Assembly (NCBI GenBank): GCA_964016885.1
Contig: OZ024743.1
Span: forward strand, 197,966,001 to 198,030,000
DNA: 64,000 nucleotides
Direction: 5' to 3'
Origin: Eledone cirrhosa
Taxonomy: Eukaryota
A program made the position numbers and the translations under genes. The notes under the pieces were generated by a model, which worked only from the letters and a program-made list of their open reading frames with translations, was not told where the DNA came from and did no database searches. Positions 41,489 to 56,569 of this stretch are shown here, one piece after another (the first letter of the stretch is position 1; each line of letters begins with the position of its first letter).

Positions 41489-43800
41489 AATAATTATAAA
41501 TGTGAAGACTAAAATCCAAAGAGGGCTCGATAAGGATACATATATATCAAATATATAAGAACCCTAGTGCAATAGTGCAAATATTTATTAAAATAACAGA
41601 TTAAAGTGTAAGCAAAGCATCGCTGCTTTCACCCTTAACGGGATCATCTGAAACTAAATATTTCGAAAAACGTTGCAACCCAAGGAAAACAGGAAGACGA
41701 TACTTTGGTTCCAACACCTGAATATTTCTACAAAGAACATACCCGTACCTAGCAGGAAGACATATTTAAAACTTATACAAAAAACGGATTCGTTCTTTAA
41801 ACGGTTGCGTTGGCGCGCTTTTTATTTCGATAACCAGGAAAAAAGCGGACAATAAACAGGATAAATTTGGGTTTAAAACTTACAATAACCCCCCGTGTAA
41901 CCCAACTTTGCTTCCCTTCGAAAACGATGTCTTCGAACTCATACGGAGTATCAAATTTCGGAACAGGAGTAATTCCTTCCAACAGGACCTGAAGAATAGA
42001 ATTCGTTATATTAAGGATTCTAATGCCGTGCACGTCCACTGCGACAAAACTGGCAATCTATATCAAGTGGAGCGCAGTACTTACCATCAACTGTTACATA
42101 ATGCTGTAACCTGGATTACCGGAAAACCAATCGGAGTGTCTTTAAGGACATCAACGATGCTGGGTTTAAAATCACTTCTGAACTCAAAATCCTGGACCGG
42201 ACCGAACCTCTGGACCCTCTTCCTCCCCACTTTACCCTGAAGAATCACAAACCCAATTTCGCTAACAACCCGTCTATTTGGCTAATTAACCCTACGAAGT
42301 CTGATTTAGGTAGACTTAGTAAAAGGATTTTAGATGAATTATACCTGAAATTAGAAGCTTGGCTCCCCTTGCACCGTGGAATAATTCTTTCGCCGTGATT
42401 GATTGGTTCAATGGCATTTGTAACAAGGAACATTGCCGTTTTATCCAATTCGACATCAACAACTACTACTCCTCCATCACTTTACCACTTTTTCTTAGAG
42501 CTATCAATTTCGCTAAAACGCTCACGGTGGTTAAGGATTTCGAAATTCATGTCATTCTCAATGCCTGTAATTCGGTGATTAATTTCGACGACTCTATTTG
42601 GATGAAAAGATCTAATAGTAACCCATTCAACGTGAGTATGGGCGCCAACGATTCGGTGGAGGTTACAGATCTTATCGGCCTTTTCCTTCTTTTCTCTATC
42701 AATGAAGAATTTCCTAATGTGGGCAGTGGTTTGTTCCGCGATGACGGTCTTTGAGCATGACAAAGTGCGGTCCCCGCGCTTGCGACAGGTTTAGAAAAGA
42801 ACTCACAGCCTTCTTTAAAGGATTCAACCCCTCCATACAGGTTGAGGCCAACCTTTCGGTCGTAAACTACCTCGACGTTACCATCAATTTGTCGAATGGC
42901 TTTCACTACCCGTATAGAAAGCCGAATGCTACGCTTAATTACATCAGTAAGCATTCTAACCATCTTGCCAGCATAACCAAGAACCTGGTAAGAAATGTTT
43001 CTTTGGGGCTTTCCCGTCTATTTACAAACGATCATATTTTTACCGACCATTCCACAATGAAGCTTTTGCTCGGAGTAGATTTGTCGATAAGGTAGCATAT
43101 ACTAAGTATGAGCATAAAGCTAGGAAAAATAGATCCCGACGCATTATATGGTATAATCCACCATATAATATGGAGGCGCCACACCATTAGCTAAGATCTT
43201 TCTCCCCCTTATTAAGAAGCATTTCCCCTCAGCACATAAATATAATGAAATTTTTAATAGAAATATCATTAAAATATCTTACTCTACGACTCCCAACTTT
43301 GCACATAACATCACTGCTTCAAATTTAGCTAAATTACCTAGCGGTAGGAACACGTGCAACGCTGTAACTAGTACTAACTGTAATTGTAGGAATCGAGTTG
43401 ACTGTCTCTATCCGGGAAATGCCTCTCCAGTAACATTGTCTACAAATGTAAGGTCAAAATGCTCACATCTAGTAGGGCCTACATAGGGTTAACCGCCAAT
43501 AGATTCAAGCAGCGTCTTTACATGCACACCCATTCTTTTCTTAACCCTTTAAGAAGGAATATGACGTCACTTTCAACTTATATCTGGAGTCAAAAAGACA
43601 AGCACACCCAATATAGGTTAACCTGGGAGATCCTAGCTAAAACTAGATCGTACAACGGAAATAAAAGACCATGCGATATTTGCGCCGCTGAAGCCCTGGA
43701 AATACTCTACGCCAATGATCACATCAATTTCGGCTTGTAAACACAAATTGCATAAAACTTTCCTGCATTACAGCCCCACATTATACCCTAACGGATAGTA
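41484..43800 (+). mobile_element. Near full-length degenerate Penelope-like element (RT + C-terminal GIY-YIG; CxCx5C linker, Hydra-clade-like)
   Basis: KRLRWRA, DKTGNLY, INPTKSDLG, FIQFDINNYYSSI, SMGAND, GLFRDDGL, NYLDVT..YRKPN, WYNPPY, CNCRNRVDC, YIGLTA..CDIC; several frameshifts; inverted pLTR piece at the 5' end. Confidence 0.9.
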
Positions 43801-44180
43801 CGAACAATACTCGGATAATTTACGTCTTGATGTGGTAGCTAAGAATATTTTGTTTATACCATTACTTATTTGTATAGGTAAATATACCTTATCCGTATGT
43901 TTTGTGGAGCTACGTATACTTTCTCGTATGTATATATGCTTGTAATTGTTATATATACTGGTACATGGTTATGTGTATATGGTTATGGGTATATGTGTAT
44001 TTTGTGTTTGAGTGTGTATGCGTGTTTGCACGTATGTAAGGTGCGTATATGTGTACATTGAGTTTTGGTATATGTACGTTTGGTGAACTTATATGTATTT
44101 ACCTGTAGGTATGCGTGTGTGAGCATTATATACGTATTTATGTGTGTATATTTATATACGTTTATATAATTATAGGTATG

Positions 44181-44211
<31 letters not shown>

Positions 44212-44775
44212 ACAAACACACATATGTTTTATGTATATTTGGTGTATACGTTCGTATGTGTGCGGTTACATGTGTCGTGCAGGTTTATGTACGTGTGGGC
44301 GTGTTTATGTGTACGTGCATGTATATGTATGCATGGCGGGTCTTTTCGCGTATGTACGTGTATAGATGTGTTTGTATTTAATTATCACTACTTTTATGAT
44401 TCTAATAACCTCTGTCATTTTCGTTCTTCTGATTTATACACATTATTCTTAACTCCGAAGCCGAGAATCATTCAGTTTCCTTAATAGAATATTAGTCTAC
44501 GACTCCATTTATACCATTAAGGTGGTTTTGTCTTTGCGTGTTATTGTTCTCAACGCCCCACATAACGACGTATTATCTTCGCTTTTTTCTTCATTGCCAG
44601 GGAACGTCTACACGAATCAAAGTATCGTTTTCCTGTTTTCCTTCAGTTGCAACGTTTTTCGAAATATTTACTTATGAGGAAATAATAGACAAAATCTGCC
44701 TATTTTTTCATCAATGATCCGACTGCATACACACACACACACATATACACACAGACAGACACACTCACACACACA

Positions 44776-44852
<77 letters not shown>

Positions 44853-45652
44853 GTATATATATATATGTATATATATATATGTATATATATATATGTGTGG
44901 TGGGGGGAACGAAAAATGAAAGTAGGACAAAAGTCGAAGATAGTTTCTTAAATTAGTTTATTGGTTTACGATCGTTTCAGAGAGTTTACTGATGTAAATC
45001 GATATATTAACTAATAGGTGGTGCTTATGACACCTACTTCTAGTCTCTCTCTATGTCCCTCTTTCTATATATATATATATATATATATCAGTATGTATGA
45101 GTGCGCGCGCGCGCGTGTGTGTGTGTGTGTGTGTATGAATGTGTGCGTGTCCATATGATAGGTTATTTGATATATAAAAATATGAGCTTTATATGTTGCA
45201 AGATTAGAAAGTGTGACATACAAAATCAGTTTAATTCCTTCAAGGAGTAGAAAGTGTAACGTTTCAAGCTTTAGCTTTTATTATGATGAAGAGAAAGTAG
45301 CGACTACGTTTGACTTTCTTCTCCTCAAACACTGAAACCTATTCTAAATACCGCCAACTTCAATTCCTATTAATTTGCTCCCGACACAGTCCTTAATCTG
45401 TTGTTTTTAGTATTCATATATGTTACAAAGTTTCAGCTTTAACATACACACAACATTTCATGTATCGAAAACGTTTAATTCTCATTTACATAATCACGCA
45501 GGTAAATGTTCTATCATCTTTGAAATAGGCTTTCAATTCCTTCCTCATATCCTCCTTATATCTTTATATCTGGTCGTTTTTTGTTTTTTAGTCATAATCA
45601 ACCATCTATGAAACTGTTTTGATATTCTAACTAAACTTGCATTACTGACTGA

Positions 45653-45717
45653 ATTCTTCTTCTTCTTCTTCTTCTTCTTCTTCTTCTTCTTCTTCTTCTT
45701 CTTCTTCTTCTTCTTCT
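45653..45717. repeat. (TTC)n microsatellite
   Basis: Direct reading. Confidence 0.95.
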
Positions 45718-46228
45718 CCTGACTACTCTTTCTAAAAAGTGAAAAGTGAAAATAACGATAGGAATCTTCTCATCAACAATAACGAACCCAACAACAACAA
45801 CAACATCGTCAACAATAATGAAGGCAATAACAACAACAAAATACCTCAGCAAACACAACACAACAGAAGTATTATACACAGTGTTATATGCATGTTAGTG
45901 GCAAGGAATCTGATTGCGATATAACCAGTTTACGGCAAAGTCCTTTAGAAATATTACAGCAATAAGAAAGTGAGATCAACGAAATGGTTATATCATTTTA
46001 AAGCAGTCATTAGCATAGAGTAGTGACGCAGAGAGATCAAAGCACGTTTCAACACTTTCCACATGGAAAAGGAAAAGGATTAAATGAACGTTCATATAAA
46101 AGTTGACAGTCTTAATGCACATGGGAACATGCTGGAAGAAACAAAAACAGAATGCTCGTACATAGACACAAACACGGGCTCACATCCACCCTCTCTCTCT
46201 CGCACACCTACACATATGCACATATATA

Positions 46229-46270
<42 letters not shown>

Positions 46271-46363
46271 AATATGGATATACGCATATGAGCATGCACG
46301 TGGAGGGTGTGGGTAGATGTTTGCATGAATGTGTATTATGTGCGTCGCTGGTGTGTGTGTGTG

Positions 46364-46558
<195 letters not shown>

Positions 46559-46635
46559 GTATGTATATATATATGTATATATATATAATATATATGTATG
46601 TTTATGTATATATATATATATAATATATATGTATG

Positions 46636-46692
<57 letters not shown>

Positions 46693-46714
46693 GTATATAT
46701 ATATATACACATAC

Positions 46715-46804
<90 letters not shown>

Positions 46805-46805
46805 A

Positions 46806-46873
<68 letters not shown>

Positions 46874-46911
46874 AAGTATATATATGTGTGTGTATATATA
46901 TATATATGTGT

Positions 46912-47097
46912 ATGTACAAACAGACACATATGTATGTATATATATGTTCACATGACAATATGTATGTACAAACAGACACATATGTATGTATATATATGTT
47001 CACATGACAATGTGTATGTACAAACAGACACATATGTATGTATATGCTCACATGTCAATATGTATGTACAAACAGACACATATGTATGTATACAAAC
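46912..47097. repeat. About 50-bp minisatellite, 3-4 copies, after a long (AT)n tract
   Basis: Repeated atgtacaaacagacacatatgtatgtat. Confidence 0.8.
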
Positions 47098-47540
47098 ATG
47101 TATACATGTGTGAAAAATGTGAAATACGTAAAATAAGTTCGATTGAGGTATAAAGAATTTTAAAGCTTTTGTAAAGAGCAGGATGGTAACATGGATAAAT
47201 GTTGTGTAAATAATTTTGCAGATGATACGCTTTTCGATATGATGATGTAAGCATAAAAAGATACTTGTGTGTTAAAGGCATGATTAAAGCAAATACATAG
47301 TAGTAATGCATATATACACACACACTCTCTCTCTCTTTCTGACACTCTCCATCTCTCCCTCTTTTTTCTCTTTCTCTCTCTTCCTTTCTTTCTCTCCCTC
47401 TCTCCTTCTCTCTCTCGCTTTCTCTTTCTGTTTCTTTCTTTCTCTCTCACTCTCTCTCTCGATTTATCTATCTCTCTCTCTATATATATACAACGTACCG
47501 TCATAACGTACACGATACTGTGTAGTAGAGTGTGTAATAG

Positions 47541-47646
47541 GAAAAGAGTCAGGACCCCGACGGCTGAGCTCCGACCGTTTCGACAGTTAGGTCTGACTAG
47601 CTGTCGAAACGGCCGGAGCTCAACACTCCGGGTCCTGACTATTTTC
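47541..47646. repeat. Fold-back element
   Basis: agtcaggacccc..gagctccgaccgtttcgacag / ctgtcgaaacggccggagctc..gggtcctgact. Confidence 0.8.
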
Positions 47647-47662
47647 ATATATATATATATAT

Positions 47663-49550
47663 ATTAATTTTGCGAGGTTTTTTATATGAAATCGTGTGTC
47701 GAAACAAATATTGTTATAGTTGGGGAGGGTCATATTTGTGTAATATTGCCAGAATTAATAACAGAACACACTCACTGTTTGGTTGGTTTTCGCTTTTCGC
47801 TTCTGTGTCTTTTATATCGGTAATCTAACTTACTCGGTCCTCAATGTTGCCATTGACTGACCGACGGTCAAAAATAATACAGATACAATATAGACACAAA
47901 CACATATATATAGTTTATCATAAATCTTTCGTTGCACATCTGCAACATCGTCAGTGGTGCTATTGTTTCCTCCTGTTGAATTGTATGGCACATGCAATAG
48001 GGGCTAGTATCAAAACTACCCTCAAGATCTACACCCAAAATGAAGGAACAGCCATTGGCGTCAGTATAGCTGGTGATGTTGCCAACCTTTTCATGGTATG
48101 GTGGGAAAGGAGACTTAAAGATCTCCTTAATGAGAGCTCCATAGACCACATCATGTACTCTCGTTATGTAGACGATATCAATATAGTTATAAGAACATCC
48201 CCACTAGAGAGCACTAACAAGTTTGATTTAGAACGTAGCACAATGGAAAGCATCCAGCAGATAGCTAATTCCATACACCAGAGTATAACTGTAACTATCG
48301 ACTTCCCTTCCAAACACCCTAACAATAGACTACCTGTATTAGACACAGAACTATGGATTAACACTATAGACGAGAGAGCCCAAATTCTCCACTCACACTA
48401 TGCTAAACCCATGGCCTCCAAATACCTGATACTCAAAAACTCAGCAATGTCCAGTAGTGCTAATTTTAATATTCTGATCGCAGATTTGGTACGAGTGATG
48501 AAGAATGTGTCCCGCATGTGCGACCCAACAGAAATGGAAAGACACATCCAACACTTAAAAATTAAGGTGGTAGAAAAGCCAGGAACCACCATAAAATCCC
48601 TGATCAGCAAAACCTACCCTTTTAAGAAAACTCACTGTACCAATAGGAAATGTATCGTATGTAAGGTAAACACCCGGATAAACTGTAAAACTAGAAACGT
48701 AGTCTATAGCATAAGATGTACAGAGGGTACCTGCAGAAACATGACAACAACATACATAGGTGAGACAGCTCGTAGCAGAGGTGAAAGGATAGACCAACAC
48801 TGGGGGGAACTAAAAGGACGAAAAAACGGGTCAGTACTATACGAACATGCCAGACAACAACATGACGGTAACATAGACAACATAGAAATTAGAATAATAT
48901 CTAAACATAGAAATGACCCAGCAGATAGGCAAATCAGAGAGGCCAGTGAAATAGAACTTAGAAGACCAAAACTAAACAGAAAGAATGAATGGAATAACAA
49001 CAACACCCAAACAAACAACACTGACCCAAGATAAGTATAAATAAGTAAATAAAATAAAACAAAATAAAATAAATAAATAAATAAATAAATACATACACAA
49101 GCACAATAACAACAAACACATAAACACACATTAGTCACCCAATCACGAACACACATCACACATCAAACAAAACACTATACACACACGCAAACGCATGCGC
49201 ACAGAAGACAAAATAAAATAAACAAACAAGCAAATAAATAAATAAATATATAGACAGATTGAATAAAAATGGCCTAGCCATACAATTCAACAGGAGGAAA
49301 CAATAGCACCACTGACGATGTTGCAGATGTGCAAAGAAAGATTTATGATAAACTATATATATGTGTTTGTGTCTATATTGTATGTATATTATTTTTGACC
49401 ATCGGTCAGTCAATGGCAACATTGAGGACCGAGTATATTAGATTACCGATATAAAAGACACAGAAGCGAAAAGCGACAACCAACCAAACAGTGAGTGTGT
49501 TCTGTTATTAATTCTGGCAATATTACACAAATATGACCCTCCCCAAGCAT

Positions 49551-49556
<6 letters not shown>
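47663..49556 (+). mobile_element. 5'-inverted Penelope-like insertion: antisense pLTR (47663-47986), internally deleted RT/EN ORF (about 47984-49034), sense pLTR (49277-49556)
   Basis: GTAIG, YSRYVDD, LPVLD, CTNRKCIVC, VVYSIRC..YIGETAR..HWG..EH..H..REASEI..PKLN; the pLTRs are reverse complements; HHR-like motifs at 47917-47958 (-) and 49308-49349 (+). Confidence 0.92.
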
Positions 49557-49616
<60 letters not shown>

Positions 49617-49654
49617 GTATATATATATATATATATATATACATATATACACAC

Positions 49655-49690
<36 letters not shown>

Positions 49691-49695
<5 letters not shown>

Positions 49696-50117
49696 TAAAA
49701 GGAATTCCAACTTTGTCTGACTTATTCATTTTATTTACAATCCTTTAAAATTATAATGGTATTAGAATGAAATAGTATGGTAGAATATTAAATCTTAAGT
49801 GTTAATTGAACAAGTACTTTCATGCTTTCGCAATCTTCAGGTTCATATTCTGTAGTGACAGTCAAGTTTTCAATTTTCAACTGTGAAATTTTCACAGTTG
49901 AAAATTGAAAACTTGACTGTCACCACAGAATATGACCCTGAAGATTGCGAAAGCATGAAAGTACTTGTTCAATTAACACTTAAGATTTAATATTCTACCA
50001 TACTATTTCATTCTAATACCATTATAATTTTAGAGGATTGTAAATAAAACGAGTAAATCAGACAAAGTTGGAATTCCTTTTATTAATAACATCTTCTATA
50101 CACAATCATACACACAA

Positions 50118-50118
<1 letters not shown>
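49691..50118. mobile_element. Fold-back pLTR (family C) with two HHRs: 49807-49845 (-) and 49933-49971 (+)
   Basis: About 195-bp arms centred near 49889; same HHR as 41257. Confidence 0.88.
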
Positions 50119-50159
<41 letters not shown>

Positions 50160-50490
50160 GTGTGTATGTATGTGTGTGTAGTGGCGTTTAGGACAAGAAG
50201 GTATTCTTTATTCAAATATAGCGATCACCAACAACTATCGTTCGTCCCCCATTCATCTGAACATATTTTGCACATGTAATACAAACACACACCTAAACAC
50301 ATGCACACACACTCCTACCCATACACACACATATAGTGTGGTGGACTGGCAAGTTCATCAGCTTGACCGATGACAAGTGGTCCCCTTGGGAGCCCACCTT
50401 ACTACTTTAGGGGCCAATATATATAACGATGCTTTGAAAGAAAATTATAGAAGCCCTCGAGAAAAAATAAAATATTATGAAAATAACAAA

Positions 50491-50590
50491 TACCACAATT
50501 AAGCATACTAGGTTCGACTTTTACACGAGATCGAGTATATTCATACTCGATCTCATGTAAAAGTCGAACATAGTATGCTTAACTGTGGTA
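50491..50590. repeat. Short fold-back element
   Basis: taccacaattaagcatact..gagatcgagtat / atactcgatctc..agtatgcttaactgtggta. Confidence 0.85.
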
Positions 50591-50814
50591 TAATTTATAT
50601 ATATATATATATATAAACAATGTACGAAGCCGAATCTTCTGCTTTTAAAGCGTTGAGAATATATGTAATTATAGAAGTATAAAGAAAGTACTTAAGCGCA
50701 GAAATGCTGTAAAGATAGCTTATGAAATAGGGTGAATATCCTTTAAACACGGAAAAAGATATGCCAATGACCCCTATGAGGAATTAAACCCCATATTTCC
50801 AGATAGTGACAAGA

Positions 50815-50864
<50 letters not shown>

Positions 50865-50895
50865 TTAGTTGATTGTAGGTGGAAATATGAAAATA

Positions 50896-51040
50896 AATAA
50901 TTGTTTCTACTTTTGGCACAAGGCCAGCAATTATCCCAGTGTAATACTGGCACTTTATTTTATCGACCCCGTAAGGATGAAAGGCAAAGTTAACCTCGGC
51001 GGGAATTGAACTCATAAATGGCCGTAACTCTTTGCTACAC
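50896..51040 (-). mobile_element. Nin-domain SINE, 5'-truncated
   Basis: Family match. Confidence 0.85.
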
Positions 51041-51572
51041 AAATAATATTAGAAGGATTGTCTGACAAATGATAGAATAAACGAAGCCGGTATGGAAGGA
51101 TAGTATATAGATATTTAATGAAATCCATGAAGGAGGAAAGACGATAAATATTTCAGAGATGAATGCTTAGAATATGAGTTAAAAAAAAAAGAAATGGTAG
51201 TTTATTTTGTCAATCCCGGAGCACAATTTGAACTGGACGATCTATTAAGTTATGCAATCTGATGTTGAGAGGATATGGTGGGGGTAATAAATTTTTCAGT
51301 ATTTTCGTTATTAGAAACTAGGCTTATTTAACTTAGCCATCGTATTTCGATAATCTATAAAAAAATGTTCGGTATATTATGTCTACTCAGGGTAGAGATA
51401 GATATTTTGATTTTTTTTCCAGTTACTAAAAGTGATATTGTGAGATTTCGTTAGGTTTTCAAGGAAACTTGCTTCCAGTTGCAAAGTAGGGCTAAAATGC
51501 AAGGGGGAAGGAGATGATGTATATGTATATTTTCATTTTTAACTGTACACACACACACACATACCCCCCCCC

Positions 51573-51654
<82 letters not shown>

Positions 51655-52464
51655 TGAGAGAGAATTACTTATTTGTACAGATAAAAATGAAAATAATGAT
51701 ATAAATAAAAGTTAATTTTCGTCTTTAATAATTGATAGAATAACCGAATCCGGTATCCAACGATGTAAAATTCTTCAGTAAAGTAGGTAAGACCATAAAC
51801 ATTTCAAAGGTTAATATTTACAATATAACTTCTAAAAATAGCTTACATCCCGTACAGTCTCGTTGGTTGAGTGTTACAACTGCTCCTTTTATTTGGCAAC
51901 GACTGTTCTGAGTTCAATCATCACCTCGAGCCCGAAGCAAGTTAGGTAATTTTTAATATATTCTATAATCCGTATTTTTATTTTGCAATTTTACGGTCAA
52001 TTGCATACACAGAAATAGAGAGGATTTAAAAATAAAATTGTTTATTCGATATTAAAATTAAATGATAGTATTGTAGTTGTGTGTGGGTCTCTTTGTCTCT
52101 TCCTGGCAACTAATATTTTAGATCCAGTCCGCCAATATATATATATATATATAATAAATGTGTGAATGTGTATATGTAAGCATGAGTAGAGAAATGTACT
52201 AGCTAAGCATGTATTTTGCAACTCCTCGTCTTTCCACGAACATATACATATAGCTTTACAGCCATCTCTCCCTCTCACCTTCACTCACTCTTTATCTTCC
52301 GTCTATGATTCACATCATTAAGGTCGTGTAACTCTTGAGAGAGTCGTAGGGACGCCGTATTGACACACGGTGTTTCCTTGGCATTTTAAGTCTGGCCTGG
52401 GTACAGCAGATTTCTTCCAGAGAGTGATAGAAATTGAGATAGTGGAAATGGGAAAGAGATATAC

Positions 52465-52632
52465 AAGACGAATCGACCCCAGCACTAGACTGGTACTTTT
52501 TTATCGACCTCGAAAGGATAAAAAGGCAACGTTGACCTAGGCGGGATTTGAACTCTGAGAGCAGGGAGTCCGAACGAATAACATAAAGCATTCCATCCGA
52601 CGTTCTAATCATTCTGGAAATTCGCCGCCGCG
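52465..52632 (-). mobile_element. Divergent Nin-domain SINE
   Basis: ctggtacttttttatcgacctcgaaaggataaaaaggc..gggatttgaactc. Confidence 0.75.
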
Positions 52633-54951
52633 GTATTTATTTAGTTATGTTAAATTACTGTTTTAGTTGAAATTCCAGTTGTGTTTATAAAAGTCAAGAA
52701 GTAACGGGTGACACTTCAGAATGACAAAGTGTGAACACATGATCATGGTGGAACTATATTTTTCTCTGCGAAAGAATCCTCACATTCCATATACGATTGA
52801 TTGTTTACAGAAATGATATCGAAAATTAATTACAGCAAATATTCAATAGACTTCTCTGTCGAGCAGATTTGATAGGTCTTTTAATACAAGTAGCAGATAA
52901 ACTAAGAAGAATATCATTGTGTAGTCAAATGTGTAAAACAAACTATTTTAGAATGAAAACAATAATGTGTTATGACAACCTGTATATAAAGAAACAACAT
53001 TGTAGGAATGATAGACTGTGTTTTGAAATAAAGGGCTCGCTAGCATAACAGCACTTTCTAAATAAATAGGATTGCTTTACATAAACAATTGCTTATAATA
53101 CTTAAAATTGTTCCATACTGATAATTTAACCTTTTCTCTAATTTAATAGATCAGTAATAACTTCATAAGTTAATTTATTTGACATTGATTTTTATTTATT
53201 TATAAATCATGGTAATAATACAACATTTAGAAAGACTGAGTCAGACATGTGATGCTAACAAAATAATGGCATTGTAAATTGTCAAATACAAGAAGACGAT
53301 CGGATTGTAACAAAATCCAACTTACAGAAATTTCTCTTTACATTTTAGAGCCGCCATATTTGCGCTATATGCTGCCCTAAAACATGTCATAATAATTGAA
53401 GTGGCAAATTATATATATCAACACTATTGTGGAGTCTATAAAAGGGTTCTATACTCGAGTGAAATCAATTTATCTCACGAACAGAATTTATATCATTATG
53501 AAAAATTCGGTAGATTAAATCATTCTGCTCTCCCAAAGAGCGTTGTGGTTTCGTATTAAACAACACAAATGAGTCAATCAGGTAGCCTCTACGCAATTGC
53601 TGGAACATCGAGAATCAGCAGTCAAATACCCTTCAAATCAAACCCGAATACCTTGAAAGAGAAAACATTAAATTCAACTCTAGTTAACCCGGAAACGCGG
53701 GGATGGCTACGGCCTACTTGGTCACGTGTGATATAAAGATAAATAACAACAATGGAAACATAAATTCTCATGCAAGATATTGATTGTTATGATATCCCTG
53801 AATCTCAACTCATAAGATGTTCAATCTCTATATTTAAGTTAAAGAACTGTTTGTCAATTTTACAGCTTCTCCCGCACCATGCTGTAGTACTTTAACACAG
53901 CTGATGTAAGTTAAATATAGTTGCTAAGGATTTAGAGCAATGATTGTAAAGAATCCAAACCACCTACTGTTGAACGTTCTTTAGACAAATCGTCTAATGT
54001 GACAGCTATTGAGTTCTTTTCAGGTACGATTAAAATTAAGCCATTGAAATCTATACTTTATTTAGATTATATTGCAAGCATTTAAAATAAATACACCAGG
54101 TATGAAGCATTTGATTTTAATTTTTATTACACATTGCTTATTTTAATATAATGATTATGTGAAGAGTGTTCCGCATTTTCTTTTTTTTTTCAAAATTGTA
54201 TTACATTAACAATGTTTATCTTTCAGCCCATTAACCAACAGAGAAAGAACGTGGGAAGCTACAGTACTGTTACATTGTAATACCATCCTGATTCTAAAAA
54301 TGTATATATTTTCAGCTACAGAAAGTTTGTATTAAATCTTCCGATGAATAAGCAAATCTATAGTGAGATTTTTTCAGTAGTCAGCACTCATATTTGACCT
54401 AGTGAAGCTCGAACAAAACAAAATGAAAATAGGAGCTTCAGAGAAAAGGGGGAGAAAACAGGAAGAAAGTAAAATAAAAATAAATGTCAAATAAATAAAT
54501 TGATAGATAAAGATGATAAGGTTTCAAATTTCAAGTGGGCTCTTAACGAAAATCATTCGTTGACATTTTTATGAGTATCTTTTGTTTGTAGTTGTCATAA
54601 TAATTGTTGAAAATAAATACGTTTTAGAAAGTAGCAAACGGCAAAGGAATCATGCGTAATATAATGTGAATGCTGTTTTAACGCTATTCTGTTGACTTAC
54701 AGTGCTAACCGGAGATGAGTAGGGAGCTAATACAAAAGTGAAGAATTATAATCCAGCATATTTGATATTTGCTTTCAATTGTGAGAAATGATCTATTTAC
54801 AAAAACATGATGTAGTTGACGATTTTTCTCTTGACAATCACTTTAGATGTTCTTGAAGAAAAATGGAAGAGATATGCCGACAATAAAAGAGAACAAACGA
54901 TGATATGGTGACGAGATGTCGACTAGCCTCTTTCACAAACCTAATACGTTG

Positions 54952-55037
<86 letters not shown>

Positions 55038-55044
<7 letters not shown>

Positions 55045-55547
55045 ATACTTTGGGAGGGCCATGCTGCCAATAAGAAACACACGCACCAGTTGCTTTCACT
55101 TCAATTTATTATATATTTATAAATTTATAAATTTACAAATTTACAAACCTATAAATTTCTGGTTGGTTGGTTGGTTCCACAACCAGATAGTTGTTTATAT
55201 ATATAGTCATAGTCCTTTCACAGAAACAAAATGGCGTAGGATAGAAGAAAGGAAAGGCACAGAAACAAAGAAAGGAATCCCCAGTCACTGAAGAGGTCAC
55301 AGAGTGTGTGACGAAAGGACTATGACTATATATATAAACAACTATCTGGTTGTGGAATCAACCAACCAACCAGAAATTTATAGGTTTGTAAATTTGTAAA
55401 TTTATAAATTTATAAATATATAATAAATTGAAGTGAAAGCAACTGGTGCGTGTGTTTCTTATTGGCAGCATGGCCCTCCCAAAGTATAACAATATCGGTT
55501 TCAACACACTATTTCAGATAAAGAATCTTGCTAAACAAATTCAGAAA

Positions 55548-55551
<4 letters not shown>
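55038..55551. mobile_element. Fold-back pLTR (family B) with HHR at 55283-55327 (+)
   Basis: AGTCA-CTGAAGA-gGTCACA gagtg TGTGAC-GAAA-GGAC-TA-TGACT; arms match 6485-6815. Confidence 0.88.
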
Positions 55552-55609
<58 letters not shown>

Positions 55610-55667
55610 CATTATAAAGAAAGAAGAAACATTAGATATAATTAATAAGATATACCATACCCAAATT

Positions 55668-55716
<49 letters not shown>

Positions 55717-55976
55717 GGCAATTATATATGTATATGTATGTCTATGAAGAAATCAGCCAAATGAAACAATACAGTACAATGGTGATATATATTAGTTTAA
55801 TGCTTGATATGATAGGGAAATAATCTCAAATTTTCAGAACTGAGACCTTCATTGGAAGATAGAATGAGAGACAGAAGAAGAAATAGAAATATAGACGAGA
55901 ATAAAAAAACAAACAAAGCATATGCGTGTATGTGCGTGCAAAGCATGTACGTGCGCTTGTACACGGGCACACACGC

Positions 55977-56056
<80 letters not shown>

Positions 56057-56150
56057 GATCTTATAAACTCATATATACATATATGTGTACACATATATAT
56101 GATAATTATATACTCGTATTAGCGTCTGAAGAAAGGTAATTATTTTGATG

Positions 56151-56343
56151 CCTCAAGGGTGGTGGATTGGCAGTATCGGTAGAGGGTCGGACACCATGCT
56201 TTGCAGCAAAGAGTTATGGCCCTTTATGGTCTGAGTTCAAATCCCGCCGAGATTAATTTTGCCCTTCATCCTTTTGGGGTCAATAAAATAAAGTACCAGT
56301 AATACACTGGGATAATTGCTGGCCTTGTGCCAAAAGTAGAAAC
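56151..56343 (+). mobile_element. Nin-domain SINE with 13-bp TSD
   Basis: aattattttgatg at 56138-56150 and 56344-56356. Confidence 0.9.
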
Positions 56344-56569
56344 AATTATTTTGATGGTTCTTGTTTTCTGGAGGAATGGTCAAATTTAAGGCTTGGAACC
56401 TTGGGTAGAACAAAATCTTGTTGCCATAGAGTTCTGACAGAATTGGTAGCGGAACTAAGCTGGTTTCTTTTACGTTTTATATAAGCCTAATTATTCTGCT
56501 CGACAAACATTAAGCATATTTGATATCAGATGTCTCGTTAGGAACGGAAAATATATGCACATTATTAGA

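Noticed and set aside
44958-44985. Minus-strand GAAA-CGATCG-TA-AACC hammerhead half
   Set aside because: 5' core absent
51700-54900. Host exons in the repeat-poor stretch
   Set aside because: Only scattered splice-like signals; no convincing coding frame
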